Part shown: one piece after another, positions 13,419-28,859 of the stretch
Numbering within the stretch: the stretch's first letter is position 1
Layout: every line of letters starts with the position of its first letter
NCBI RefSeq assembly: GCF_006345805.1
Contig: NC_042999.1
Coordinates: 39,618,001-39,682,000 of the forward strand
Source: Octopus sinensis
Lineage: Eukaryota
DNA length: 64,000 nt
Direction of reading: 5' to 3'
Translations under genes and position numbers: made by a program
Notes under the pieces: model-generated
Databases searched by the model: none
What the model was told of the DNA's origin: nothing
Seen by the model: the letters and a program-made list of their open reading frames with translations, nothing else

Positions 13419-14690
13419 GGGAGAGAGAGAGAGAGAGAGACGCACGCATAGATATATATATATATATATATATATATAGGAAAACAAACACATGTGTAAT
13501 TACATATACGTGTGATGTGTGTGCCTTTGTTCTATAACTGTGCGTCGGTGTATTATCATCGTTTTATTGTATTTCTTTTATAATTTTCCGTTTCTATTAA
13601 TATTTTTTATTGTTTGCAATTAAATTGAAAACAACACTTTCCACTCTCATACCGTCTTACTTGAAATATTTTGATAATATTTCTTTAAATTATTTTCAGA
13701 GAGAACTGAAGTGATAATGATAGCGAAAGAAAATGAGAGACAATTGAGGATGTGAGACAAGAAATTAGAGAATAACGGAACATGCGAGATAGACGAACTA
13801 TTGTAAATAAGCAAGTGAAATAAATCAATATTTATGATATAAAGCAGAATTGTCAAATAATTAATATATACTACCTTGTATTCATTTAAGCATTCGAATT
13901 ATATACTTGCCAATTTTAGTAGTGATATATAACGAACGGCAGACTACATGTATATTAAGTAATGAATCTGTATGCGATTTGAAAAAGATGTGCCAGCTCG
14001 CGTATGCAAATATGAAGATCAGCAACTCAAAGCGGAAATACTTGGTCATTTCAGGGGTGATATGTTTCCTTCAACGATTACTTCTTTTGGCCAAGCTGGG
14101 AGACCGACATGAGAGTTTATTTGAACAAATCTATCCCAATACTTATCATTTTAATGCTTGTTTTTTTTTCTTTCTGTCTGCTCTATGTGCCCGACCGTTA
14201 ATTTGAAAGACAACTTCAACAAACATCGGTTTTCAAGCGGTATTGGGAACCAAATACAAATATAAATGCACACACGCAAATAAATACCTAGGCACAACCG
14301 CGCACGCACACACAAGCACACGCACACATACACATACACACATACACATACACACAGAAGCACAAACACATACATACGCATAGACAGACTCAAACACACA
14401 TATATGTTTCTTATTACTGCAAGAAATCATTATTATTTAACAAAAAACTGCAGAATGCAGGCAATTTTTCTTAGAATTAACATTTGTTTTAATGCACAAC
14501 CACAGGTATACAACCCAAATATATTAAGAACCGTTTCAAGTTATTTCTTTAAAAGTAATAAAGCGAGCAAAACTAAGCAAGGACTAAGACGTTGAAGCTA
14601 ATGTTTTGAAGAAAATATATATTTCTTCTAACTAGTAGCAGAGACGTACACTCTGTTAATACGGATGTACTAGGAAAATATGAATATATG

Positions 14691-14751
<61 letters not shown>

Positions 14752-16439
14752 TATATATATATTATATAAGCACAGAGAGAAAGGGAGAGAGGGAGAGAGA
14801 GGAAAGAGATAATATATATATATATATATTATATACTATATATAATATATGTATATATATAATTTATTATATCTATATTGTATGTATATATATATATATA
14901 TACATATATATAAAATTTATAACATACCTATATATGTTTATATATATGCATATATTGATTTATGTATATATATGAGTGTGTGTGTGTCTTTGTGTGTTTT
15001 AATATCAGGAGAAATAGTTTTATTCTATATATTTATATATGAAAATAAATATATAAAAGTTTGTTTTCTCTGAATATTTTGGCTGAAACTATTGTAGTGT
15101 AAGTACTTATAAGGTAGGTTTGGAATATACAAAACCTGTGAGGAGGGAAGAATTGAAAAGGTGAAAGAATTCGTGTCAATTGTATCAACAAAAAGTTTTA
15201 ATTATACGCTTCGCTGTGTTTTGAAGCCGAAAACGAGGCAGTGAGACATTTTTCTGGGTACAGGGAGCCCTATACCGAAAGCCGTTACTTTTCGCTGCAA
15301 GCAATTATAAAAAGCACGAAGCGAAATTTAGGACCCTTGTCTTGGCAATGTCACTTATACGTTATTACACTTACACGTGGTTTTAAATATGGCAACAGAA
15401 CGAAAGTTTTTAAAGCTAAAGATCAACGTAATGTGTATTCTGCTCAGTTAAATGTTTTCTTTCTGCTACTGCTCTACCACGAAATTCTTTCAGCTGCAGG
15501 CAACTCAGAATTTTTTTTACTAAAAGTTTATTCCTTTAGAAGTGATTGGATATAGCATGTGACTTTTGTGTTATGTTCTTCTTTCCCTCTCAAGTGTGCT
15601 ATATATATTAAATTTACCTTATGAATACGTACACTTATATATATTCAGTTGAGCTATAATACAGAAACATCTATTGTGCAAAAATGCGTTTTCATATCTT
15701 TTATTTCCATACATACTCTTACATAAAATACAATTATTTCCACATTAAGTTCAAAAGTTAAACCTGTTTTAAATAATGAAAATATATGGATGTGTGTATG
15801 TGTTTATGTATATATAAGTGTGTGTGTATGTGTGTGCGTTTGTCTAAGAGTATTTCACCTGCTCCATTGATGCAAACTTCCTGGCGTAGCATCGCCCAAC
15901 TGCCTCAGGTTTCTCTATTAATCTGACAATGTACAGTGACTGCAGAGGAGAGCAGTAGTCTAGACGGCTGACTACAAATATTTTCACTACGACCAGTATA
16001 ATTTCCTGGCCTCTTGTGAAGGTACCGGTCTCCTGGTTGAAGTATCTCAGAATTCATGTGACCAATCGCATGTACATTTCCACCATCGTGGTGGTATGTA
16101 CATGAAACAAGGCAACGTTGTTCATATCGATCCCAGATCCCGCACTGTATGTGAATCCTTTTGGTCTAAAGTCCCGTTGTTGCTGCTTGTGAGCACTAAT
16201 TAGCTAGTACCGGAGAGCTTGGAATTCACCTGCATTGAATTACATGAATAACAGCCCGGTATCTGTGCCTCTTTGTAGAAAATTAGCGTAAGAAATGTAC
16301 ACGGCTGCTTGTACTACTTTAGTGCCGTTGCATTGTTAATATACATGGCTTACTATGTAACTGCTGAATGTCTGAAAGAGCCAGTGACGGCCCCAATATT
16401 GTTTTCTAAGGTACCACACACACAATTACTGTCTACTAC

Positions 16440-18020
16440 GAGAGGATGACATTGGCTGCCACAGACTGACTTCTGGTTATGTTTTCCGATTTTGCCTTCT
16501 GATATATCATCTCATGATCAACATTAATCAAATACCTTTTCAAAATCGAGATATATCATATTCACGTTTGAACGATTCATTTCCCAGTCAAGGCAGCTGA
16601 GGGGAAGCCATACTTGGTGTCATTATCTTAAAGGAAAGCAATCAGTTTCATCCTGGAAAATCCTTCTATGATTTTGCTGAAACGAGAGACGGGTCTATAA
16701 TTTTTAGCCTACTGTTCTGCTATGGAGAGGACATATTACTCCTTACATTAACTTTTTGGGAAGTCTTAGAGTTGTGAGGAAGCTCTGAAAGAGACTCTGT
16801 AGCGGTCTTGTTAGAGCCCCTTTGTATTTCTTTAGGAGGATTGCTGATTTTGAGCCCGTCTTGCCAGTGATAGATGTTGTATCTGTTTCCTATATTTTGA
16901 TGTTATCAATAATTGACATTTCTTTGGGAAGAGTTGTGTTGGCGAAAAACTCATCAGGAATAGCTACTTGCAAGTGCCCCAATAGAGTTGTTACAACACT
17001 TTTGTATTGCACATTCACTATTTCACTCCTCCCTAGGGAGCCTGAAGTCGGAGACCCGTTTTCTCCGAACAGTGGCCATGTTTTTTTTATCGTACTGAAG
17101 CAGACGTTTTACATATCTATAGAAGGATTTAGAGTCCCTCTTAATAATTTTGACAGCCCTGGCTTCTTTTTCTGCCCTCTATGTTTCATGGGTATGTGTC
17201 AATTCATTTTCGATTTTGAGCAATGTTTGTTTGAGATAAGATTGTATGCTATTCTTTCGTGGCCTATTTAGATGGTTTGAGATGTTTGCACGTCGTCCCA
17301 TTACAATCCCCCTATCATTGAGAAACATTTTTTGGCATTATAGTTTTTGGCCTCCTCTCTCCAGCAAAAATCATGCATATGTCGTGGATGGTTTTCTTTA
17401 AGTGCTGCAGAATTATGTCAGTGTTTTGAGTAGAAATAATGGTAGACCAGTTTTGTTCAATGAACTCTTTCTCGATACCCTTCCAATTACTTGTGTGAAA
17501 GTTCAGGCTGGAGAAGTGTCGAGTGTTTCTAGTAGCCTGCTTGTCTGTAGTTATTCGCGGACCATGCATTCTTAGTAATACTAGGTTATGGTCCGAAAAA
17601 ATCGTCGGTGTCAAATTAACATTATGAATAAGGTTATTTCTGAAGCAGCGGTCCAGGGCACTTTTTCAAATTCATGAGGGGAGCACTATTTGCTCGATTA
17701 AGATCATGTCTATGAGATCAAACTGAGATTCTGCATGCCTCAAGTCATGCAGTGATATACTTGAGAGAAGGCGTTCCTCAGGCCATTCGACAATGTAGTG
17801 TTTGAAATTCCATCGAAGAAGCATATGCAGACTGATTAATACTTCTTAAAAAAAATTTGGAGGCTCTTCTCGGATATACATTGCTTGTCCACCTCGGGAT
17901 TCTTTCTCTCCTGTCTTTTCGAAACAGTAAATAATTTGATATGTATTTCTCAGCATTTGATACATCCACGTTCAGATATTGTTGTCTCAGTGCCATGCAT
18001 ACTGCTTGAATATATATGGG
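16440..18020 (-). mobile_element. Decayed non-LTR retrotransposon (APE endonuclease to pre-RT region; CR1/L2/Jockey-like)
   Basis: ORF 17778-18071 has YISNYLLFRKDRR. ORF 17315-17614 has IFSDHNLVLL (APE SDH motif) followed by NW..I....NW. Confidence 0.75.
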
Positions 18021-18237
18021 ACCAATACTGTTTTCTGAGGTACCACACACACTATTACTATGATAGATCACTAGCCACTAAACTTTTTTTAATTTTCTTT
18101 TCGTGTTTATTTCTGTGCTCCTTTCTGTCGAAGAGCGTAGGCTCGAAACAAAAAAACCTTCGCTGTTCCCGAGCGTTAAACTGATATATCTCTTCGTTGC
18201 TTACACACCCGCCCTCGTCTTTTTGTCTTTTAAATTC

Positions 18238-18286
<49 letters not shown>

Positions 18287-18290
<4 letters not shown>

Positions 18291-18626
18291 GGTAAAGACC
18301 CCCTTCGGTCATGAATGACCATGGGATTGCACCTAGAAAGTTACCCTCCTAGACACAAGTCCGGGCAAGGTTGTTTATGGAAGACAAACAGTCGCCCATG
18401 CAAACCAGCCTCCCCTCTCCACGCCACCAGTGTTATCCAAGGGAAAGACAAAGGTCGATACAGCTTGGCACCAGTGACGTCGCAATTCATTTCTAAAGCT
18501 GAGTGAACTGGAGCAACGTGAAATAAAGTGCCTTGCTCAAGAACACAACACGCAGCCCGGTCCGGGATTCGAGCTCACAACCTCACGATCGTAAGCTCGA
18601 TGCTCTAACCACTGAGCCATGCGCCT
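18287..18626 (-). mobile_element. tRNA-head SINE, family D
   Basis: Minus strand reads AGGCGCATGGCTCAGTGGTTAGAGC...GAGCTCGAATCCC...TTGAGCAAGGCACTTT (A/B boxes, CORE-like segment). Flanked by (TA)n. Confidence 0.88.
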
Positions 18627-18687
18627 TATATATATATAATATATATATATATAGATATATATATATATATATATTAATATATTATAT

Positions 18688-18778
<91 letters not shown>

Positions 18779-19005
18779 GGCGCAGGCGTTGTTGTGTCAT
18801 AAGAAGCTTGATTCCTAGCCACATCATTCCTGGTTCAGTCCCAGCGCGTGGTACATTCAGAGAGTGTTTTCTACTAGAGCTTCCATTTGTTTGTATCTAT
18901 GTGTCTGTGTGTGTCCCCATCCACGGCTTCACAATCGCTGATGGTGTATTTACATCACTGTAATAAAGCGGTTCGGCAAGAGGGGACGATAGAGAAAGTG
19001 CTAAG
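18779..19005 (+). mobile_element. Degenerate SINE, family B
   Basis: GGCGCAGGCG...GGTTCAGTCCC and GCGGTTCGGCAAGAG match the 6062-6448 family. Confidence 0.7.
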
Positions 19006-21144
19006 CTTAAAACAAAAAAGTCGTTGGATGGATTTGAAATTGAAAACGAAGCTTCACTGCTCTTCTGCTGAGAACACATATCTGTAAAGCATACCTGGAA
19101 TATATGTTCATAGGCAGCAAATATGTGATCCCGATAACAGAAAGTGTTTGCAGAATTTAGCTTTGAATGTAACAGAGAACTCATTAAAATGCTTAGCCAT
19201 CTCACTTTTAGGTTATTTCTTGAAATAAAAGATGACGGTGAAATGTAGACATGATTATTTCAAAATAGAAACAAAACTAAGTAAACTAAAACAATAACCA
19301 ATAACTATACTAGTGTACTTCATCTTCCCACATGCAAACATATAGGCAACCATATACAGTGCTAATATCATTCACGTAGGAAGACGTAAGCTTTTATGAG
19401 TGAAACCCGTATGGCTCACTATTGTACGAACTATCATATAATATGCTCAAGGATATATCACTAACTCGTCATTGGAAACAGTTATCCCCCATAAAATTAT
19501 GAGACCTAATTCAGTGAGAAAATACGCAATCACAATCTATGCTGTTATATGCGACACCATGGAACAAGTTAGAATTATAGTCATAAGTTTGAGGGTAAAT
19601 ATCATTTAAGCAATCACAAGTCTTCCCCACATTTTAATAGGCTTCAACTAGAAAATAAATGTTAGAAATTTCAGGTACAGTTTCTCTACAGGAAGGAGTA
19701 AATTTCCTAACCCTTTTCATAACCGATGTACCTATGTAATATTTCCGTGTTCCTGCATTTTATACAATTGTTGAAAAATGTCGGAGTAGTGAAATCGGTT
19801 AAGAAAATGTAAATCAACATTGTATATGTAATACTGCTCTGTAAACAGAATTTCCGTTCAGTGCTATAATGTTGTATAGACCAAACGTAGTTTTATTTAT
19901 CCAAGAAAGTGTCTTGCTGGTGTTAAACAAATATTCTATACAATTTTTCTGTTGATATGGAAAGAAAATTCCAATATTTCTATAATTTCGATCCACGAGA
20001 AGAATGATATTAAATATATTTTTAGACTTTATTGTGATATTTTGAGCATTACATTGTACATGAGTTACCTCTTTCCTTCCTCGCTCTAACAGACTACTAT
20101 ATCGAATATATCTATATGTTTTAGCTCACACTGCGTATGCCAACGAAGGTTTAAAATGGAAAACAGTACCACTCTTATTATTTCACACACACACACACAC
20201 ACACTTGCGCGCGGGCATATGTGTGTGTATCTATGTATGCTTATATCTGTGAGTGCGTATCTATGTATTCATGTGTCTGTGTTTCGCATACGATATTTCT
20301 TTATAATGTTTTAAATTTCCAAACATGGTATCGAATAGTGCTCCATAAATTACAAATTTTGACAATTTGCACAACGCTGAAAGAAAGAATTTAATAACAT
20401 AGAACTGCGAATGCATATAATATCAAACGGAGTCTCATGTTCGAAAAACAAAAACATAAGATGTCGTAGCTCTTGTACATTTCGACGTAATAGTATTAAA
20501 TGGTGAGCAGTTTCTTTTGGGAAGAATATTAATTTCATTGAAAGTATACTATCAACTCACTCTAATACGATTAAGTATTGGTATTATATTTAAATGATAC
20601 AAGATTGTGTGACTTCAAAACGAAAACTCAAAAAGCAAATGAAAATCAATAATATTTCATAATACATTTTATGAGTAATATATTTGTCGTTATTATTTTT
20701 GTTTGAAATATAGAACAAAAAAGTGGGATATTTTACATGAATATTATCTGTAAAGTATCTTTGCTTCCATAACCAGTTAAAGGTATTTTGGACAAAAAAA
20801 AAAAGATATTGAAAAAAAGTGCAAAAGAATTTCTGATTTAATCTCTGCGAAATGAAGGTTTCCCTTGAAACATAATATGAAGTGATGCAAAGAAGAGAGA
20901 ATTTGCAGTGAAACATACATACATACATACATACATAAATACGTACAAATAGGCATACACACACACACACAGATATATATGCATATCTGTGTGTGTGTGT
21001 GTGTGTTAGCAGACAAGGAAAACATCATTGAAATGGTTTTAGGATATCGGAAGAACTTGCGATAAGAAAAAAATAGACATATTGAATTGAAATTTATCGC
21101 ATACACAAATTTCAGTTATAAAAGAATAGGAGATGAGTGAAATG

Positions 21145-21216
<72 letters not shown>

Positions 21217-21236
21217 GTTTATACACGCACCTATAC

Positions 21237-21288
<52 letters not shown>

Positions 21289-22036
21289 CAACAGAGGACA
21301 GCGGAGGGAAGAGTTATAGAAGAAGAAATACATATAAGGAAGCATACACACCTACATATTCATCTACATACACAAGTACAAATACATACAACGACACATT
21401 CCTCCTTAACATTTGTAGATACGATCAAATTTCTTCTGCATTAATACAAGGTAGACATTAACGATGGAGATTGTATTAAATCAGTTGAAAACTGTTTTAT
21501 TTAATGGTAAGATAAAAAAATAATATCATGTTTTAAATGATTACTTAGTACTGAATCAATGTCTATAACTTCCAGAATTTTCTAATGGAGTGACAAACAG
21601 CTTGCATCTGCATTACGCTAAACATAACGTACAACACAAAGATAATTCTAATTTAATTTAAGTATAAACAAAAATACACATTAACACACAAATAGAAACA
21701 AACTAGTATGTTATAAGTTATGCATGTGTTTATCCGTAGGTATGTATGTACACGTATATTCATATACCCCCCCCCCGTAATATATATTTGAGAGAAGTAT
21801 GTATTTTACTAGAAGTTATGGTATTCGTTAACAGAAGCAGCGCTGAATTTCCTATCAATAATCTGGACACTTAGCATAAACCAACCCACATGCGGGCATG
21901 CATTACGCCCATACATATATTCTAATTCAATTGTCGCTACAAACGTATATGTTTTCCGGACTGTATGCGTTTATGCATGTATAGAGGGACATATATATAT
22001 ATATAATATATATATATATAATATATATATATATTA

Positions 22037-22077
<41 letters not shown>

Positions 22078-22084
22078 GTGTGTG

Positions 22085-22132
<48 letters not shown>

Positions 22133-22491
22133 AAACATATATATATGTATAACATATATATATATACATATATAAAACATCTATATATATATATATACAT
22201 ATAAACACACGGGCACGCACACATAGCCATGCATACACATGCATGTGACTTCCATAAATTTTCCACTTTGATTTACATATATATGAACACAGATACCGAA
22301 CAAACACACACATACACACACCCATATATGTATTCTGTTTTTTGTTTCAGTCATTTGTTTGGAGTCATGCATATTTGTATATGTATATGTGCATTTATTC
22401 TAATATGTTTTGTTGTGTGTCTGTGTATGCGTATGAGTTTGTGTCTCTGTGTGATTGTGTGTTTGCGCGTGTATGTATGTGTTATGTATGC

Positions 22492-22550
<59 letters not shown>

Positions 22551-23217
22551 GCTGTGTAATTGTGTGTTCCTCGAACGTCTGTCTGTAAGATGACCGTTCA
22601 CCCAAAAAGAACTTCAAGAATGAAAATGTGAGATTCGAAACCAGATGCTAGCGATTGGAAGCTAATACTGCAACGCCTTCCTCTCCGACTACCTGGTTTT
22701 CTCTCGCTCTGCATTTCAACAACTTATTCACAGAATCCTGCATGTTTCAAATGAACGCGTATATGCTTTTGGTACAGGGTATTCATGACAAATTTGCACA
22801 GACATAGTTACATTGAACATGCATTATCTGAATTATGGAACATATAACAAAGAAATGTAGAAAAGCTTTCGTGAAATACTGATATTAGCAACGTTTTAGA
22901 AGTTACAAACACCATCATGTAAATTAAATTAAAATTTATCCTCGAGTGATTTATATACATATATATTTAATGTGTTGCCAACATATTGCATCTAATGGAC
23001 CTTAAAGATAAGCAAGCCAATGAAGCGGACGAAAATCACATGAGATTGATGTGTAAATCCTTTTGTTCATATACGATTAGAAACACATATGACGGAGCAG
23101 GCTTTGTAACAATAATGTTTTACTTGATAGATTTATCCTGAGTATATAGATAATTTTATTGGTTTATATGCATTACAAGCACACATTTCTATGATGCTTT
23201 GCGCTAGCGCCTGTATC

Positions 23218-23261
<44 letters not shown>

Positions 23262-24061
23262 GTGTGTGTGTGTGTGTGTGTAGTCTGGAATGTATAATTG
23301 TCTCTTCCTCATATACTGGAGGAGACAGATTTTCGCTGGCAATGTGAACATATAATACGTATCATTGACAAAGCTCAATGTAGACAAAATTTAGTCGAAA
23401 TGCATGAGATGTTCTCGTCAGTAACTGCTGGGAAGTTCCTTGTCTCTGTAAAATACATATTGTGATTCAAACGCAGCACATGTATCATGGGAATTTCTCT
23501 CAGACAGTAACCACAAACTACTATTCACAATTAATGGATTAATTTCTCGCAGTTGAAAGAAATGGTAAAAACCGCAGAATGATATTTATAAAGTTTCTTG
23601 TATATTACTTTGGCAATATAAATTTTCTTCCACGAGACAGGTATGAGACATATTTAATCTGGTTTTGACAAGGAGAATCAATTTTCAAATGTATTCTCTA
23701 TTATGTTGAAACGTGTATTTGCATTATCGTAGATCATCCAGATGTAGAAATGAGAGTGCGGCGCTCCTCAATTCTGCAGACGAAGGAAAGCAGTTATTGA
23801 GTAAATTATCCCTTGGAAACATTTACAATAATTTTCGTACTTCGAAAATAAGCGGTCCAAATAGGAATCGCTTTAGTTAATTTCTATAGAATTAAAGTTT
23901 CACCAGGGTATATGAGAACCATGTATAAGCTTGGTATGATTATATTTATACATACATACAATCATACATACATACATACATACATACATATGTATATATA
24001 TATATATGTCTTAGATGTCTTGCAAACAACTCTAAGACACTCATACACACACACACACACT

Positions 24062-24100
<39 letters not shown>

Positions 24101-25781
24101 CAAAATAAACAACAAGGATAGCCACAGGTAATGCAGTACGATCGTTTCATGCGACTCCATTTAAGTGAACAATGCAATCATTTCATATTTCATTACATCA
24201 ATTTAAAATGTAGAGCTATCTTCCGCTGCACAAATATGTAGAATTTAATTAAGTTAGAAGGACACATTGGTATTATTTTACCTAAAATCTCCAGGAGGAT
24301 AAGGAGATAGACAAAGAACATGTTTTACTAACAACATATATATTAGTTAGTTTCATGAACTGTACCGGATGAGATATCAGGTAGTATTAAACATAAATGT
24401 GCATTACATCTATACATGTAATACAAATTGTTGCATTTATGGATACCTGAGATTTGTTGCCAAAAAATAACTCCTGGAATAGTGAGACACATTTGGAAAT
24501 ATTTTGATAGCTGTAGCTGCTTCGTATTTATGATTGTGGTGTGTATGGAGGGACGATGCTTTTTTCGCATTTCTATCATTTACGTTTTCAGGTTTTTAAA
24601 GGGGTGAAGTTGCTATAGCAATACTGAAATATTCTTTCTGTTCATGAACCCGGTAAATATTCAATGTGTGTTCTGTAGATGGGCAGAAGTTATCTTTGGA
24701 AAATGTTAACAATGAATGAATGGTAGCGTTACCTGCCCAAGGGTGCTTATTTGTAGATGTGGTGGATAACTCATTGTATATATATATATGTTTATATTCA
24801 TGCACATATAGGATATATAAATGTCTATAGGAAGAAAAGAAGAAAAACAAAGGGAGAGAAGTTTTGTTTCAAATAAGATGCATTCAAGACATCATTTTAT
24901 AATTTTTTTTATATATATTTCCTATTAAATACTTTTCATATATTTCACATTCTTCTCATCTTCTAAATCAAATAATTACATTGGCGAACTGTTGCAGCTT
25001 TTTATAGTTGGCAGCAAATGATTAAGGTAGATTTTATTTTACTTAAACCATCATCATAGTCGTCGATAAACTACATTTTTTTCTGTATTCAAGTAGTTTC
25101 TAAGATTTAGGAGATGAAGCCAAGAGAATATTACAATGCTAATATACTTTGGTCGTTCTTGTTAACTAAACATATAGGACTAAATAACACGTACACACAT
25201 CGGTGTGTGTTTTTCTCTGCATGCGTGTGTGTGTATGTGTGTGTGTGTGTGTGTGCCAGCGTGCGTATGTGTGTGTCTATATATATGTGTGTGTGTGTGT
25301 GTGCCAGCGTGCGTATGTGTGTGTGTATGTTTTGTTTTTAAGCAACGTGAGTAAACTGTGTGCAGAGATCTGTGTAAGCACATACGGGTAATGGATAAAG
25401 ATAAAACGGAAGAGATAAACATATGTAAATATCACTGTTTATTGAATTAGTGTACAGTTCAAACTCATTGTAGTATATGTTTACTTGAAATATTAGTGCT
25501 AGAGGGGTGTTTTTGCAATCTCTATTAAGATACAAGAGGATGTTATTTGTCGGAATAAGTTCTTTATATATATCATCGAGGCTAATCAAAGCAAGTTCGC
25601 AGGCGGTTAGAGCTTATGGAAGGAAAATACTAAGCATGTGGCACAATATACACTTGCTGCTCTAAACATATGACATAAGTCTTAATTTTTCCTTGATGAA
25701 AATGAGTTGATCAGGTTTTGGGGGGTTATATATATATATATATATATGTATATATCTATCTATCTATATATATATATACAT

Positions 25782-25818
<37 letters not shown>

Positions 25819-25823
<5 letters not shown>

Positions 25824-26100
25824 AATATTAGGGAATAAATCCAAATTTACAGGGAAAAACTCAGATTTAGGATTAAATCCAATTTTATAGTAAAATATTA
25901 TATAATATTAATTCAAGACAAAACCACTATTTTGCAAAACAAACAAGGAAATACTTAATCAATACATAAAAATTTTTAATATAAAGAAATAAATAAATAT
26001 TTATTTATTTATTATTTATTTATTTATTTATATTAAAAATTTTAATGTATTGATTAAGTCTTTCCTTGTTTGTTTTGCAAAATAGTGGTTTTGTCTTGAA

Positions 26101-26112
<12 letters not shown>
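25819..26112. mobile_element. Solo inverted pseudo-LTR end of the same PLE family as the 36-49 kb array
   Basis: ~25819-25985 is the reverse complement of ~38297-38460. ~26029-26112 is a shorter forward copy. Both flanks are (TA)n. Confidence 0.92.
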
Positions 26113-26176
<64 letters not shown>

Positions 26177-26224
26177 CATATATATATTCACACATACACA
26201 TACACACACACGCACAAATATATC

Positions 26225-26257
<33 letters not shown>

Positions 26258-26273
26258 TATATATATACGTATG

Positions 26274-26760
26274 CAGGGTCGCCACAAAGTGGGAGATATC
26301 GAGTATGCTTTATTGTCAACGAAGTAGGTAATTCATTACAAATGCTGAACGTGTTGACTATGTAGCTCTAAACAAATGTATGTATGGAATTTGAAACTGC
26401 AATGAACCCTCCCAAATAGCTCTTGAAAACCCTTCACTTGTTCACAAGCTTCAACAATTCTTTGAAGATGTCATTGCTCTCGAATCTTTTCAGAAAAGAT
26501 TTAATAGAGCACTAGGAGAATATGTCCATGGGATTTAAATCTGGTGACCGTGGTGCCCATTCAGTTATTCCGCGACACCCGATTCATCTCCCTGGAAAAT
26601 CTTCATTTAAAATGTGACGGACCTGCAATGCAGGTTTTCCTTTCAAAGTGAATGCATGTGTGTCATCATGTTTTTGCCAAGCATGTCCAGATAGGGTTCA
26701 CTTGTCAGAGAAACCTCAAATTAAAATGGTCCAATTAGTTGATTGTGCCAAATCCCACAC
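26274..26760 (-). mobile_element. Tc1/mariner (maT/DD37D-like) 3' fragment
   Basis: Minus-strand translation VRHILNEDFPGR*IGCRGITEWAPRSPDLNPMDIF near 26520-26620. CAGGG terminus at 26274. Confidence 0.8.
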
Positions 26761-26790
26761 CGCACGATTATATATATGCATCTCTCTCTC

Positions 26791-26828
<38 letters not shown>

Positions 26829-27374
26829 CGTGTGTGTATGTGTGTGTGTGTGTGCATGTATATGTATATATATATATATATTTCACTTTATTAAAATTGA
26901 AGTAATTTATGTTCTAGAGAAATAGAATGATATATAATGAAAGGAGTATGAATAATATGTACTATTTGGACGGTGCATTTTCTGAATAATAGTGACAAAG
27001 GTGATGACATGATATTACTGCAAAATATAGTTTTTTATAATCTGTATCCCTACATATTTTCATTAGATATTATAATCAGCAGGAATCTTTTTGACATTTG
27101 GTATCTGAATACCTCTAATGTAAACAATGCCATCGAATATGGAAATGTATGTAATAGCTGTATCTACATATTTTAGGAGTCATTGCTCCTTCTTCAATAC
27201 CTCATCTAATCCATTAACCATCCAGGAACTCATTGTTTAAACAGCTACTAAATATAGCGCTGTAATGCTGTAGTATTTGCCAATTTTACTTATTAAGCGC
27301 ATTCTGGAATCTGGTTCGTACATATTAATGACTTATAGAGACACACCGTATTTCGTTATGTGACAGTAATATAC

Positions 27375-27873
27375 TATTGGGTTGTCCGGAGAGTTCGTGC
27401 CGATTTATAGTAGCTTATCTTTCCACATGTTTTAGAACATGGTTGAGTCCATAAAATAGGATTTGACTACACCTCCATTTAGAGCACAGTTCAAGCTATC
27501 TTTTCGTGGACGAATTTTTATGTTCCTTTAACCTGTGTTAAATCTGTAACCCTTTAAAATGGAAGAAAAGAAAGTTCATTTTCGGCACTTGATGCTTTTC
27601 TTTTTCCGTAAAGGGAAAAATGCCTCACAAGCAACCAAGGAAATATGCGCGGTTTACGGTGATGTTTCTTTATCCGAAAGAACTGTACGGAAGTGTTTCG
27701 CAAGGTTCCGAGCTGGAAATTGTAGCCTTATTGATAAAGAGCGATCAGGCAGACCATCCACTACAGATGATGACCAAATCAAGTTATTAATTGAGAATAA
27801 CCCATATTGCACAATACGAGAATTGGTAGAAAGCCTCAACCTATCAAAATGTTGGCAGCACTTATATATTTAA
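27375..27873 (+). mobile_element. Mariner 5' fragment (left TIR + HTH domain)
   Basis: TATTGGGTTGTCCGG terminus. ORF 27559-27873 reads MEEKKVHFRHLMLFFFRKGKNASQATKEICAVYG...RSGRP. No catalytic domain or right TIR seen. Confidence 0.9.
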
Positions 27874-28172
27874 TCATAATTTTTTAATATTCGTTAAAAT
27901 TACGGAATGCCTGAATTCAATCATTAAACTATTAATGGCAATCTTCGCATCAATGTTTCTTACATACCTCGTTTCGATGTCTTGTAAACGAAACATTATT
28001 ACTCATCGACAAAATTTATTCCAAAGTCCTCGATATTCTTTACTTCATCATGTAAACTCTCCAAACCAAATCTATACATGACACTCGAAATATAATATTG
28101 GGTTAAAATCAATATAGCTTTTGTTATTTATTTAATACTTATATTTACAAGCAGTGAGTAATATATTTCAAA

Positions 28173-28241
<69 letters not shown>

Positions 28242-28859
28242 CATTCTACCACGGCAAAGTTTGATAAATTCTTAAGTCCAGCATGTCGTCAATCGCAGCA
28301 GATTCCAAGCTTGACCACTAATTCAGTTCTCAACTAAATTGGAAGAGGACACCTCCTCACCTGCACTTTGGCATAAATAGTTTGAGATTTGGTTCAGTAG
28401 AAAAAGAGTTACATCAAAATATGTCAGACTCAAGTGGGCACTAACGCATAATTTTTTTAATTTTAAATTAAAATTATAATTTTCTTTCGCTTAAATGATA
28501 TAAATCTGTGATCTCCTAATATTGCAAAAGTAGGTTACTTAAGGTGAGCCTGGTACCTCATGGTTTTAGGGTTTTGCTGTTTGTAACTTTTGGTGAGACA
28601 TGGTGCAACCAACAACATGGTAAAAATCCCTGCCATTAATTTGGTGTGGATGGGTAATATCAAATAATTAAATCACAACGCATATTTAAATTGAAATATT
28701 GAAAAGATTGAAACATTGTCATCACTTTCATGGAAAAATTGAAATATCATCTTTCAGTATTTTACAAGGTAAAGACTTATTAATTGACACATTATTAATT
28801 ATCTTATAACAGCTATGCCTGGACAAACTCATGGATTGCATGAAAAGTAATATACGTAA

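Noticed and set aside
12944-13493. YI/CV/HT-repeat ORFs here and throughout the window
   Set aside because: Translations of (TA)n, (TG)n, (CA)n and (GA)n microsatellites.
23553-23640. Possible host exon (TTCTCGCAG...CAG/GTATGA)
   Set aside because: Plausible splice signals, but no recognisable protein or partner exons. RNA-seq would be needed.
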